Part shown: in pieces, positions 9,438-18,215 of the stretch
Layout of the letters: every line of letters starts with the position of its first letter
Position numbering within the stretch: the first letter of the stretch is position 1
Notes under the pieces: model-generated
Told to the model about the DNA's origin: nothing
Seen by the model: the letters and a program-made list of their open reading frames with translations, nothing else
Databases searched by the model: none
Translations under genes and position numbers: made by a program
Assembly: GCA_051961035.1 (NCBI GenBank)
Contig: JBQCDS010000465.1
Coordinates: 2,002 to 66,001 of the forward strand
DNA: 64,000 bases
Direction of reading: 5' to 3'
Source: Trinickia sp.
Lineage (GTDB): Bacteria > Pseudomonadota > Gammaproteobacteria > Burkholderiales > Burkholderiaceae

Positions 9438-10229
9438 TCACCGCTTGCTCCATCCCCAGCGCGCAGCGAGGTAAGCCAGCTGCGCGCGGTTTTCGACGTT
9501 GAACGTTTTCTGGAGCACCTTGACGTGCTGCGCGACACGGTGCAGCGAAGCCATCACCTCCGCGGCGATCTCGTGATCGGATAGCCCTTTGACGAGCCGC
9601 TCGAGCACGGCCGATTGCTCGTCGGTCAGCACGACGATACGCGCGCAGCGCGCACAATCGTCGACATAGGGCTGCATCAGACGGCCGATGGTCATGCTGG
9701 CAGCCAACACCGTGCCCATGACGCGATCATCGATCCAATGGGTGTCGCAGGCATGGGATGTCAGATCGACGGCGACGCGTAGGTCGGCGCGCGGCGCAGG
9801 CAGCCCGAGAATCAGCCCACAATGCATTCCCTGTGCACGTAATGTCGAAATGAGGCTGCGCACGCGCGGGTCGTTCGTATTCGCGTGCGCCTCCAGATGG
9901 TCGATATTCCAGGTCACCGGCAACCCGCTTTCGCGCAATGCCGCGAGACGCGGATCAATCTCGTATAGGCGGCTTTTCAAATAGGTCGTCACATGCCCGG
10001 CATTCGCCATCTCGCGCATGAGGTGGGCACGCAAAATGCGGCGCCCTATCGTCTCCAACGCCATGTAGGAGAACGTCGAAAAACCCGCCTGCTGCAGGCG
10101 TTCGCGGCATTCGCGCAGCTCACGTTCGTGCGCATCGTTTTCGAGCGCCGGTTCGAATTGGCGCAAATAGGCGACGGCGTCACCTTGCGAAAACCATACG
10201 AGCGCCGGAAATTCGTCTTCAGTTGTCAT
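9438..10229 (-). CDS. LuxR-family regulator 3 (divergent recognition helix)
   Basis: Contains GHVTTYLKSRLYEIDPR...PVTW...HCG and the HTH LTDEQSAVL...GLSDHEIA...NRAQLAYL. The start may be the GTG at 10244. Confidence 0.85.
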   Translation of the reverse strand: MTTEDEFPALVWFSQGDAVAYLRQFEPALENDAHERELRECRERLQQAGFSTFSYMALETIGRRILRAHLMREMANAGHVTTYLKSRLYEIDPRLAALRESGLPVTWNIDHLEAHANTNDPRVRSLISTLRAQGMHCGLILGLPAPRADLRVAVDLTSHACDTHWIDDRVMGTVLAASMTIGRLMQPYVDDCARCARIVVLTDEQSAVLERLVKGLSDHEIAAEVMASLHRVAQHVKVLQKTFNVENRAQLAYLAARWGWSKR

Positions 10230-10296
10230 CAGCGAATAACCCACCCACCGGTATCGTTTTTTTGCGTTTATTATTACGCGATGTTACGCGCGCAAA

Positions 10297-10316
10297 CGTA
10301 GTGGAATCAAACTACG
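10297..10316. promoter_or_regulatory. 20-bp inverted repeat, lux-box-like in size, between divergent LuxR3 and LuxR4
   Basis: CGTAGT-GGAATCAA-ACTACG in an AT-rich divergent promoter. Confidence 0.55.
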
Positions 10317-10356
10317 GTTACACCGCGTGACGTGAATCTCGATCGGAGGCTCATCG

Positions 10357-11256
10357 ATGCACTACCCTGCATTGCGCAAGGACGACTCCGCACTTGCGCC
10401 GCTTTCGCATTCGTGCGGCGCCGAACCGCCTGCAACGGGTCGTGACCGGACGATCGAGGTCGTCTGGTGCAACGATCCGCGACAGTTGAGCTTGACCGCG
10501 CGGCACGCGCCGCGTCTCGGCATCGCGACCGCACTAGCCGCCGCTCAGAGCGCCTGCGAGCGCAGCCGGATGGTCAACGGCATGCTGCACTTGATCGGAT
10601 TTTCCACGTTCGCTTATTTCGCGCTCGAGTTCGCGCGCGAGCGCGTCGAACGGCTGTTCTTGCACGAGGCATTCATTCCCGGCACCTACCGCGGCGATTA
10701 CGTGCGCGAACGCTATCACGACGTCGATCCGCGCACGGCAGCGGCGCGCCAGGGCAGGCTCCCGCTCGTCTGGGATCTGCAGCAGTTGCATGCCCGACCG
10801 CCGAGCTTGGCGCGCAGCGAGGCCGCGCAGGAAGGGCTCGACGGATTCATCAAGATGATGCGCGACGACGGCATGCGCAGCGGCCTCATGTTCGCGATGT
10901 CGATACCGGGCACGCGGATGCATGCCTTCATGAGCTTCACGGGCCAGTGCCGGACCCGCGATTGGATGACCTCGACCACGCTCGAGCAAGCGCTCGCGAT
11001 CGGCCTATCCGTTCATACGGTCGCTTCGCAGCAATTACGCACCGCGGCGCGAGAGCGCACGGCCGAAGATCTCACGCAGTTCGAGCGCGAGTTGCTGCTC
11101 GGCATCGCCGAAGGGGCATCGGACAAGGAGATCGGGCGCCGCCTCGATACGAGCGCGCATAACGTCGACTATCACCTGCGCAAGCTGCGTAAGCGTTTCG
11201 GCGTCGCGAACCGCACCGAACTGACCTATCTGACCTCCAAGCTCGAGCTTATTTGA
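10357..11256 (+). CDS. LuxR-family regulator 4 (autoinducer-binding domain + HTH)
   Basis: SD GGAGG. Contains TYRGDYVRERYHDVDPR...PLVW...RSG and the HTH LTQFERELL...GASDKEIG...NVDYH. Confidence 0.88.
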   Translation: MHYPALRKDDSALAPLSHSCGAEPPATGRDRTIEVVWCNDPRQLSLTARHAPRLGIATALAAAQSACERSRMVNGMLHLIGFSTFAYFALEFARERVERLFLHEAFIPGTYRGDYVRERYHDVDPRTAAARQGRLPLVWDLQQLHARPPSLARSEAAQEGLDGFIKMMRDDGMRSGLMFAMSIPGTRMHAFMSFTGQCRTRDWMTSTTLEQALAIGLSVHTVASQQLRTAARERTAEDLTQFERELLLGIAEGASDKEIGRRLDTSAHNVDYHLRKLRKRFGVANRTELTYLTSKLELI

Positions 11257-11328
11257 GCTTCACGGTAGCCCGCTGGGCAGCGCGGGCGATCGGGCGAACG
11301 GTCACTCGTCCGCTATTCCGCGACGGCC

Positions 11329-12033
11329 TCAGCCCGTCTGCGCACGTGGCGGCGCCGGAAAATGGACGCCCGCGCGCTGCGCCGCCGCCGTGATGTGCGC
11401 CTCGATGCTGCGCCCCGCGGCCTCGCAGTCGCGCGCCTTCAATGCATCGAGAATCGTGCGATGTTCGCGATAGGTGGACTGCAGCAGTTCCCGTCGATAA
11501 AACGGCAAGCGCTGGCTCTCCTTCATGATTTCGCTGCTGCCGCGCAAGATCGCTTCGATGGCTTCGTTGCCGGCCACGGCGATGATGCGCATGTGGAAGG
11601 CAAAGTCGAGCCCGGCCGCCGTGTCGAGATCGCCCTCCGTCAGCGCCGCGTGCAGTTGCGCCATGTTCTGCTCGAGCGACTCGATGACTTCATCGGTCAT
11701 GGCGAGCGCCGCCATGCGCGCCGCGAACCCCTCGAGCGCATAGCGCACCTGATAGGTATCGGGCAACGACGACTGCTCCGCGAAGCGCCAGGCCGGCCCC
11801 GTCTCGGCGCGCGAGCGCTGAACGTAGACGCCCTTGCCCGCCCGTATCGTCAACATGCCGAGCGCCTCGAGCGTCGATAGCGCCTCGCGCAGCGCGGCGC
11901 GACTGATATCCAGTTCTTCGGACAGTTGCCGCTGGGCGGGCAGCGCGCTGCCGACCGGATAATCGCCGCGCTCGATGCGCTCGCGAATCGTCTCGGTCGC
12001 GGCTTCCGTCACCGTCTGAGTAGTGCTTCGCAT
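11329..12033 (-). CDS. GntR/FadR-family transcriptional regulator
   Basis: wHTH LPAQRQLSEELDISRAALREAL...GKGVYV and an FCD domain (LDFAFH, EHRTIL). Confidence 0.92.
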   Translation of the reverse strand: MRSTTQTVTEAATETIRERIERGDYPVGSALPAQRQLSEELDISRAALREALSTLEALGMLTIRAGKGVYVQRSRAETGPAWRFAEQSSLPDTYQVRYALEGFAARMAALAMTDEVIESLEQNMAQLHAALTEGDLDTAAGLDFAFHMRIIAVAGNEAIEAILRGSSEIMKESQRLPFYRRELLQSTYREHRTILDALKARDCEAAGRSIEAHITAAAQRAGVHFPAPPRAQTG

Positions 12034-12048
12034 GGGCCGAAAAATCCC

Positions 12049-12061
12049 CTGGTCGGACCAG
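12049..12061. promoter_or_regulatory. FadR-subfamily operator
   Basis: Perfect palindrome CTGGTC-G-GACCAG just upstream of the GntR gene. Related half-sites GGTCTTACCAG and GTTAGACCAG lie at 12190-12209. Confidence 0.65.
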
Positions 12062-12144
12062 CATTGTAACGCGGCTCCGCGCGGTCGCCGCGACCCGTCG
12101 CGCGCTTGTCACAAAGCGGGGGTATACCACTACCGTCATCGGGC

Positions 12145-12173
12145 TTGACGTGACTATATCGGCTTCCTAATCT
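12145..12173 (+). promoter_or_regulatory. sigma70-type promoter for dctA-alc-allA
   Basis: TTGACG-N17-TAATCT, followed by operator-like sites. Confidence 0.6.
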
Positions 12174-12255
12174 TCGCCATAAGCACACCGGTCTTACCAG
12201 TTAGACCAGAGAATTTCCCGCCCGCCACCGCTACGACCTCGTCCTGGAGAAAGCC

Positions 12256-13581
12256 GTGTTCAGATTCCTCAATTCGCTATTCGGCCGCGTCATGATTGCG
12301 CTCGTGGCCGGCATCGCGCTCGGTGCAATGTTTCCGCACTTCGCACAATCGCTGCGGCCGTTCGGAGACGGCTTCCTCAAACTGATCACGATGATCATCG
12401 GGCCGATCGTGTTCTGCGTCGTGGTGAGCGGAATCGCCGGCGCAGGCAACCTGAGAAAGGTCGGGCGCGTGGGCGGCAAAGCCATCGTCTACTTCGAAGT
12501 CATGACGTCGCTCGCGCTGATGATCGGCGCGGTGCTCGCGCTCGTGTTCAAGCCGGGCGCCGGCATGAACGTCGACGTTCATTCGCTCGACGCGCAAGCA
12601 TTGACGACTTACACCGAGCATGCCAAGAGCTTGAAGGACGTCGCCGCGTTCTTGCTGAAGATCATTCCCTCCACCGCGTTCGATGCGTTCGCGAGAGGCG
12701 ACATCCTGCAGGTGCTCGTGTTCGCTGTGCTGTTCGGTTCGGCGCTGTCGCTGCTCGGCGACAAGGCCAAGCGCGTGAGTTCGCTGATCGACGAGCTCGC
12801 CCAAGTGTTCTTCCGCATCATGGGCTTCATCATCAAGCTCGCGCCTCTTGGGGTGCTGGGCGCCATCGCCTTCACGACGGGCACCTACGGCGTGGCGTCG
12901 CTGAAGCAATTGGGGCTGCTCGTCCTCGTCTTCTATGCGAGCTGCGCGCTGTTCGTCGCGATCGTGCTGGGCATCGTCATGCGGCTCGCCGGATTCAACG
13001 TCTTCAAGCTCGTCCGCTACCTGCGCGAAGAACTCGTGATCGTGCTCGGCACGGCGTCCTCGGATGCGGTGCTGCCCCAAGTGATGCGCAAGCTCGAATG
13101 GATGGGCGTCAAGGATTCGACGGTCGGCCTCGTCATTCCCACCGGCTATTCGTTCAACCTCGACGGCTTCTCCATCTACCTGACGCTGGCCGTGCTCTTC
13201 ATCGCGCAGGCCACCAACACGCCGCTGTCGATGCACGACCTGATCGTCGTCATTCTGATTTCGCTGATCACGTCGAAAGGCGCGCACGGCATCCCCGGCT
13301 CGGCGATCGTGATCCTGGCGGCCACCTTGTCGGCCATCCCCGCGATCCCCGTGCTCGGCCTCGTGCTGATCCTGCCGGTCGACTGGTTCGTCGGCATCGC
13401 CCGCGCCCTCACCAACATGATCGGCAATTGCGTAGCCACGATCGTCGTCGCCGCCTGGGAAAAGGACATCGATGCAGCCCGCGCTCGCCGCGTGCTCGAT
13501 CGAGATCCGGCGCTGCGCTTCGTGCAGGAAGTGGCCGTGCCAGAGCTCGATACGCCGGCGCAAGGCGCCCCCGCGGTCTGA
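12256..13581 (+). CDS. dctA: DAACS-family dicarboxylate symporter (DctA-like)
   Basis: Motifs GDGFLKLITMIIGPIVF, LGTASSD, VIPTGYSFNLDG and ARALTNMIGN. Confidence 0.88.
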   Translation: MFRFLNSLFGRVMIALVAGIALGAMFPHFAQSLRPFGDGFLKLITMIIGPIVFCVVVSGIAGAGNLRKVGRVGGKAIVYFEVMTSLALMIGAVLALVFKPGAGMNVDVHSLDAQALTTYTEHAKSLKDVAAFLLKIIPSTAFDAFARGDILQVLVFAVLFGSALSLLGDKAKRVSSLIDELAQVFFRIMGFIIKLAPLGVLGAIAFTTGTYGVASLKQLGLLVLVFYASCALFVAIVLGIVMRLAGFNVFKLVRYLREELVIVLGTASSDAVLPQVMRKLEWMGVKDSTVGLVIPTGYSFNLDGFSIYLTLAVLFIAQATNTPLSMHDLIVVILISLITSKGAHGIPGSAIVILAATLSAIPAIPVLGLVLILPVDWFVGIARALTNMIGNCVATIVVAAWEKDIDAARARRVLDRDPALRFVQEVAVPELDTPAQGAPAV

Positions 13582-13719
13582 TCCGCGCATCGCTCCAGAA
13601 ACACGCCGCATCCCTCTGCCCTACCCGGAACCGAAGGGGCCGCCCGGCCTCTTCGCGAACGCAACCTCGAACGGGGCGGCTCCTGGCTCCCCGCTCCACG
13701 CTTCTCATCGACCCCCATC

Positions 13720-14733
13720 ATGGCTATCCCGACCCTCGATCCCAACGCGCCCGATTTCACGCGGCGCTGCCTGAACCTGGCCGATTCGCGCCTCGGCGCC
13801 AAAGCGCTCGTCGCCAGCGACGAATTCTTCGCACCGAAGGAGCGCATGCTGGACCCTCAACCCGCCGTGTTCATCCCCGGCAAGTACGACGATCACGGCA
13901 AGTGGATGGACGGTTGGGAGACGCGCCGCAAGCGCACCACCGGGTATGACTGGTGCGTCGTCAAGCTTGCGCGAGCGGGCGTCGTGAAGGGGCTCGACAT
14001 CGACACGAGCCATTTCACCGGCAACTTCCCACCCGCCGCATCGGTCGAGGCCGCTCGCGTACCGGCCGGCGAACAGCCGAACGAAGCGACGCAGTGGACG
14101 GAAATCGTGCCGTCCACGACGCTGCAAGGCAATACGCATCATTACCTCGACGTTGCCGATGGCGACGCGTATACGCACATTCGCTTGAATCTGTATCCGG
14201 ACGGCGGCGTTGCGCGTCTGCGCGTGTACGGCCAACCCCAGGTGGACTGGGCCAGCGCGAGCCGTAGCGCACCGGTCGATCTGGCCGCGATGGAGAACGG
14301 CGCGTATATCGTGGCCGCCAACAATCAACACTTCGGCGCCGCGTCGAACCTCTTGATGCCGGGTCGTGGCGTGAACATGGGCGACGGCTGGGAAACGCGC
14401 CGTCGGCGCGAACCGGGCAACGATTGGGCCATCATCGCGCTGGCGCAGCCGGGAACGATCGCGAAGATCGAGGTGGATACCGCCTTCTTCAAAGGCAACT
14501 ACCCCGATCGCTGCTCGATCCAGGCCGCCTACGTCAAAGGGGGTACCGACAGCTCGCTGATTACCCAGGCGATGTTCTGGCCGACGCTGCTCGGCGAACA
14601 GAAGCTCCAAATGGACAAACAGCACTTCTTCGAAGCCGAACTGGCCGCGCTGGGTCCCGTCACGCACCTGCGCTTGAACATCATCCCCGATGGCGGCGTC
14701 TCGCGTTTGCGCGCCTGGGGTGTGCTGGCATGA
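13720..14733 (+). CDS. alc: Allantoicase
   Basis: Duplicated domain with [27 protein letters not shown] and PDGGVARLR. Confidence 0.96.
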   Translation: MAIPTLDPNAPDFTRRCLNLADSRLGAKALVASDEFFAPKERMLDPQPAVFIPGKYDDHGKWMDGWETRRKRTTGYDWCVVKLARAGVVKGLDIDTSHFTGNFPPAASVEAARVPAGEQPNEATQWTEIVPSTTLQGNTHHYLDVADGDAYTHIRLNLYPDGGVARLRVYGQPQVDWASASRSAPVDLAAMENGAYIVAANNQHFGAASNLLMPGRGVNMGDGWETRRRREPGNDWAIIALAQPGTIAKIEVDTAFFKGNYPDRCSIQAAYVKGGTDSSLITQAMFWPTLLGEQKLQMDKQHFFEAELAALGPVTHLRLNIIPDGGVSRLRAWGVLA

Positions 14734-15257
14734 GCAGCGCGCTCATGAAGGCCCTCGCGATCGAGCCGCTTGAGCGGGCGGCGTTCGCCCCGTTCGGCGA
14801 CGTGATCGAACTCGAAGGCGCACGGCAGATCCCGATCAATCTCGGCACGACGATGCGCTTTCACGATCTTGCCCGCGTGGACGTGGCGGACGCAGGCGGG
14901 CGGCCGCTCGTGAACCTATTTCGCGGCCAACCGCGCACGCTGCCGTTCGAGGTCGCCATGCTCGAGCGCCACCCGCTCGGCTCGCAAGCCTTCATTCCGC
15001 TGACAGATAAGCCCTATCTCGTGGTCGTGGCGCCGGCCGGCCCGCTCGAGACTCGAGCCGTGCGCGCGTTCGTCTCGCACGGGTGGCAAGGCGTGAACTA
15101 CGCTAAAGGGGTCTGGCACCATCCGCTGATCGCACTCGACGCGGTGAGCGATTTCATCGTGGTCGATCGGGGTGGAGACGGACACAATTGCGATGAGCAA
15201 ACGCTGCCGGAATCGCTGTGGCTGACAGCCGAGGCGCTGGCCGGGGCGCGCCGCTAG
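14730..15257 (+). CDS. allA: Ureidoglycolate lyase
   Basis: ATGA overlap with alc. Motifs [22 protein letters not shown] and [13 protein letters not shown]. Confidence 0.93.
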   Translation: MSSALMKALAIEPLERAAFAPFGDVIELEGARQIPINLGTTMRFHDLARVDVADAGGRPLVNLFRGQPRTLPFEVAMLERHPLGSQAFIPLTDKPYLVVVAPAGPLETRAVRAFVSHGWQGVNYAKGVWHHPLIALDAVSDFIVVDRGGDGHNCDEQTLPESLWLTAEALAGARR

Positions 15258-15282
15258 CCGCGCTCGAAGTCTGGCACGATTC

Positions 15283-15315
15283 AAACGCCCGTGCGAGGTT
15301 TGCACGGGCGTTTTT
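15283..15315 (+). terminator. Rho-independent terminator after allA
   Basis: AAACGCCCGTGC-loop-GCACGGGCGTTTTT. Confidence 0.8.
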
Positions 15316-15517
15316 GCGTGCATCCGGCAGGCGTAGCCCTTGCGTACCTTGCTCGTAGGAAAACACTGACACGGGGGCTGCCAGATATGACGCAAGGTTC
15401 AGCGGCGGCTGATTTGTTTCGCAAGAGGACTCGCCGATACTTTCGTCACAGGAAAGCGATTTCGTACGACGCATCACGGCACGAACGCTTCGAACCTCGA
15501 GCCACGGAGAGATCGCC

Positions 15518-15658
15518 ATGAGCCGCTTCGCCAAAGACCTCATCGAACTTCAACGCCTTTGCCTTGGCGGCTCCGGCGCGCTGACGCAACATCTGCTGCG
15601 CGAAATCGCCCGCAACCTGATCGCGGCGGGCGTGGCCGACGAACGCAACGGCTGTTGA
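15518..15658 (+). CDS. Small hypothetical protein (46 aa)
   Basis: SD GGAGA, then MSRFAKDLIELQRLCLGGSGALTQHLLREIARNLIAAGVADERNGC. Below the ORF-track length cut-off. Confidence 0.45.
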   Translation: MSRFAKDLIELQRLCLGGSGALTQHLLREIARNLIAAGVADERNGC

Positions 15659-15790
15659 GCGCATTTTCGCGCAAACGTTTGGCGCGCAAGCGCAACAGTT
15701 TTCAGTGACGGCAATGAGACGCGCAGTAGTGAGTTTTACGTTTATCCGTCACCTTTTAATTCGAATCACGAACCCCTGGCAGAGACAGTC

Positions 15791-16090
15791 ATGAACGGTT
15801 GCGAGACGCTTGAATCGATCCGCGAGATCAACCTGTCGTACCTTTCGCTCGCGCAGCGCCTGTTGCGCACGGACCGCGCAAGCGGCATGGAGCGGCTCGG
15901 ACTGTCGGCGCAGATCGCGGACGTGATTGCCGATCTTTCGGGGCCGCAATTGCTGAAGCTGGCCGCGTGCAGCCAACTCGTGTGCTTTTTCCGGTTCAAC
16001 GATCGGGCGATGCTGTCCACGTTGGCCGCGCCTGCCGCCTCCGCTGCGCATACGCTGAATCGCGAAGCGTTGATGGCGCAAGCCGCCTAA
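15791..16090 (+). CDS. flhD: FlhD-family transcriptional regulator (orphan, no adjacent flhC)
   Basis: IREINLSYLSLAQRLL...RLGL...QLLKLAACSQLVCFFRFND matches the FlhD consensus. Confidence 0.9.
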   Translation: MNGCETLESIREINLSYLSLAQRLLRTDRASGMERLGLSAQIADVIADLSGPQLLKLAACSQLVCFFRFNDRAMLSTLAAPAASAAHTLNREALMAQAA

Positions 16091-16135
16091 ACGCAGGCCG
16101 CGGCGCGCGGCCTGCGCGTCACTGTCCCAACGAGA

Positions 16136-16176
16136 AAGCCCCTCGAGCATTCGTCTTGCTCGAGGGGCTTCGTTTT
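16136..16176. terminator. Likely bidirectional terminator between flhD and the urate hydroxylase gene
   Basis: AAGCCCCTCGAGCA-N7-TGCTCGAGGGGCTT (14-bp stem). A second GC hairpin lies at 16092-16116. Confidence 0.75.
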
Positions 16177-16216
16177 CTCCGGCCGTCACCGTGTCGGGCA
16201 GTCGGGCCCCCATCGC

Positions 16217-17410
16217 TTACTGCTGCTTGCCTGCGGTAAACCAAGCGGCGATCTTTTCTCGCTCGTCGGGCGTCATCTTCGTCACGTTGCCGAGCGGCAT
16301 CGCCTTGAGCACGACGGCCTGCTCGTACAAGCGCTGCGCGTTCGTCGAAATCTCTTGCGGCGTGTCGAACAGCACGCCGGCCGGTGCGCTGCCCATCAGC
16401 GTTGGATGGGCCGAATGGCACTCGGCGCATCGTTGCTGCAAGATCGGCCGGATGTCGGCGAGCTTGACGGCGGGCGCGTTGGCGGCTTGCGCTTGCGGCA
16501 TGACGGGCCTGGGCAGCGTGACGGCCAATGCGAGCGCGAGCAGCGCAACGCCGCCCACCGGCAGGTACCACAGCACCTGGCCCCGATGGCGCATGACAAA
16601 GAATTGCCGAATCAGGGCGCCGGCGAACAGGATCGCGACGAGCACGGCCCAGTTGTACGGATGGGTGTACGTCATCGCGTAGTGGTTCGAGAGCATCGCG
16701 AACACCACGGGCAACGTGAAGTAGGTGTTGTGTACCGAGCGTTGCTTGCCGCGTTTGCCGTAGATCGGGTTCGGCGCTTCGCCCTTGAGCATCGCGTTCA
16801 CCATCTTGCGTTGGCCCGGGATGATGACGAAGAAGACGTTGGCCGACATGATCGTCGCGAGCATCGCGCCGACGATCAGGTAGGCGGCGCGTCCCGAGAA
16901 GACATGACAAGCCAGGTACGCGGCGACCAGCACGTACAAGCCGACGCAGATGCCGAGCGCACCGTCCTTGTGACCGAGCAGGCGGCACAGCGAGTCGTAC
17001 ACGATCCAGCCCGCGGTCAAAAAGGCTAACGCGGCGGCCACCGCTTCCACGGGGCTCATGGGGAGCACGTTCGGATCGACGAGGTAGGTGCTCGGGGAGA
17101 ATAGGTAGAGCACCGTAAACAGGCCGAAGCCGGACATCCACGTGGTGTACGAGGGCCACTTCGACCAATGCAGATCGTCGGGCATCTGCGCGGGCGCGAC
17201 CATGTACTTCTGCATGTTGTAAAAACCGCCGCCGTGGACGTGCCAAAGTTCGCCGAACACGCCGCGCTCGACGAGCGTCTGATCCTTCGGCTTCTTCAAG
17301 CTGTTGTCGAGTGCGACGAAATAGAACGATTCGCCGATCCACGCGATCGCGGCGACGACATGCAGCCAGCGAATCGCGAGATTCAGCCAATCGGTGATAA
17401 AGCCTTCCAT
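16217..17410 (-). CDS. Membrane urate hydroxylase (PuuD type) with C-terminal cytochrome c
   Basis: Motifs RWLHVVAAIAWIGESFYF, LWHVHGGGFY and RSVHNTYFTLPV, plus CAECH haem motif. Lies next to uraH. Confidence 0.92.
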   Translation of the reverse strand: MEGFITDWLNLAIRWLHVVAAIAWIGESFYFVALDNSLKKPKDQTLVERGVFGELWHVHGGGFYNMQKYMVAPAQMPDDLHWSKWPSYTTWMSGFGLFTVLYLFSPSTYLVDPNVLPMSPVEAVAAALAFLTAGWIVYDSLCRLLGHKDGALGICVGLYVLVAAYLACHVFSGRAAYLIVGAMLATIMSANVFFVIIPGQRKMVNAMLKGEAPNPIYGKRGKQRSVHNTYFTLPVVFAMLSNHYAMTYTHPYNWAVLVAILFAGALIRQFFVMRHRGQVLWYLPVGGVALLALALAVTLPRPVMPQAQAANAPAVKLADIRPILQQRCAECHSAHPTLMGSAPAGVLFDTPQEISTNAQRLYEQAVVLKAMPLGNVTKMTPDEREKIAAWFTAGKQQ

Positions 17411-17450
17411 GAAATGCCTCCAAGCTCCTGATGTCGTTGGTATCGTGCGT

Positions 17451-17804
17451 TCAGCTGCCGCGATAGGTGCTGTAGGCCCACGGCGAGACCAGGAGCGGCA
17501 CATGATAGTGCGCGCCGGCATCGGCAATGCCGAAGCGTAGGACGACGCGATCGACGAAGCGCGGTTGCGGCACGTTCACGCCCAGCGCGGCGAAGTAATC
17601 GCCGGCATGAAACACGAGTTCGTATTCGCCCGGGATCAACGCATCGCCGTCGAGCAGCGGTTTATCGCAACGGCCGTCGTCATTGGTGACGGTTTTCGTG
17701 ATCAGACGGCGCGTATCGCGCTCGAGCGCATACAGCTCGAGTGCGATACCGGCCCCGGGGCGGCCGTGCGCCGTGTCCAGAACGTGGGTAGTGAGCTTTC
17801 CCAT
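17451..17804 (-). CDS. uraH: 5-hydroxyisourate hydrolase
   Basis: LTTHVLDTAHGRP and C-terminal HYHVPLLVSPWAYSTYRGS. Confidence 0.97.
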   Translation of the reverse strand: MGKLTTHVLDTAHGRPGAGIALELYALERDTRRLITKTVTNDDGRCDKPLLDGDALIPGEYELVFHAGDYFAALGVNVPQPRFVDRVVLRFGIADAGAHYHVPLLVSPWAYSTYRGS

Positions 17805-18215
17805 TCGCAGTTTTCCTTGTGATGAACGCGAAACGTGTCATGGGCGGCCCGATCCCATACGCAAACGGCGGATCGAGGCTCCACGTCGGTGGCTACATAC
17901 CCGTCGGCGATGTAATGCGAGCGCCGTGCCGTCATTCTAAGAAGTTGGCGACGGCTCGCGCGCAAGCGATAGGAAAGATAAGGGCCGGCGCATGAGGCGA
18001 GGGCGGCGCGTCCTATCGCGCCCGCGCCTGCTCGACGCAAGCGGACAAAACCGGCGAAAGCCGACGAAAATGGCGATGGAAAAGGACCCAATATATCGAA
18101 TCGCTGAAGGCGAGTATCGCTGAATCGTACATTGCCAGCGCTATTTTGGCTCCTGATCGTTATGGCATCGCCCATCCGCCTACTCCAACGACTCAACGCA
18201 TACGGAAGCCATCGA

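Noticed and set aside
11257-11328. Right border of a T3SS genomic island
   Set aside because: No tRNA, integrase, transposase, direct repeat or obvious composition shift is visible; only a small GC hairpin.
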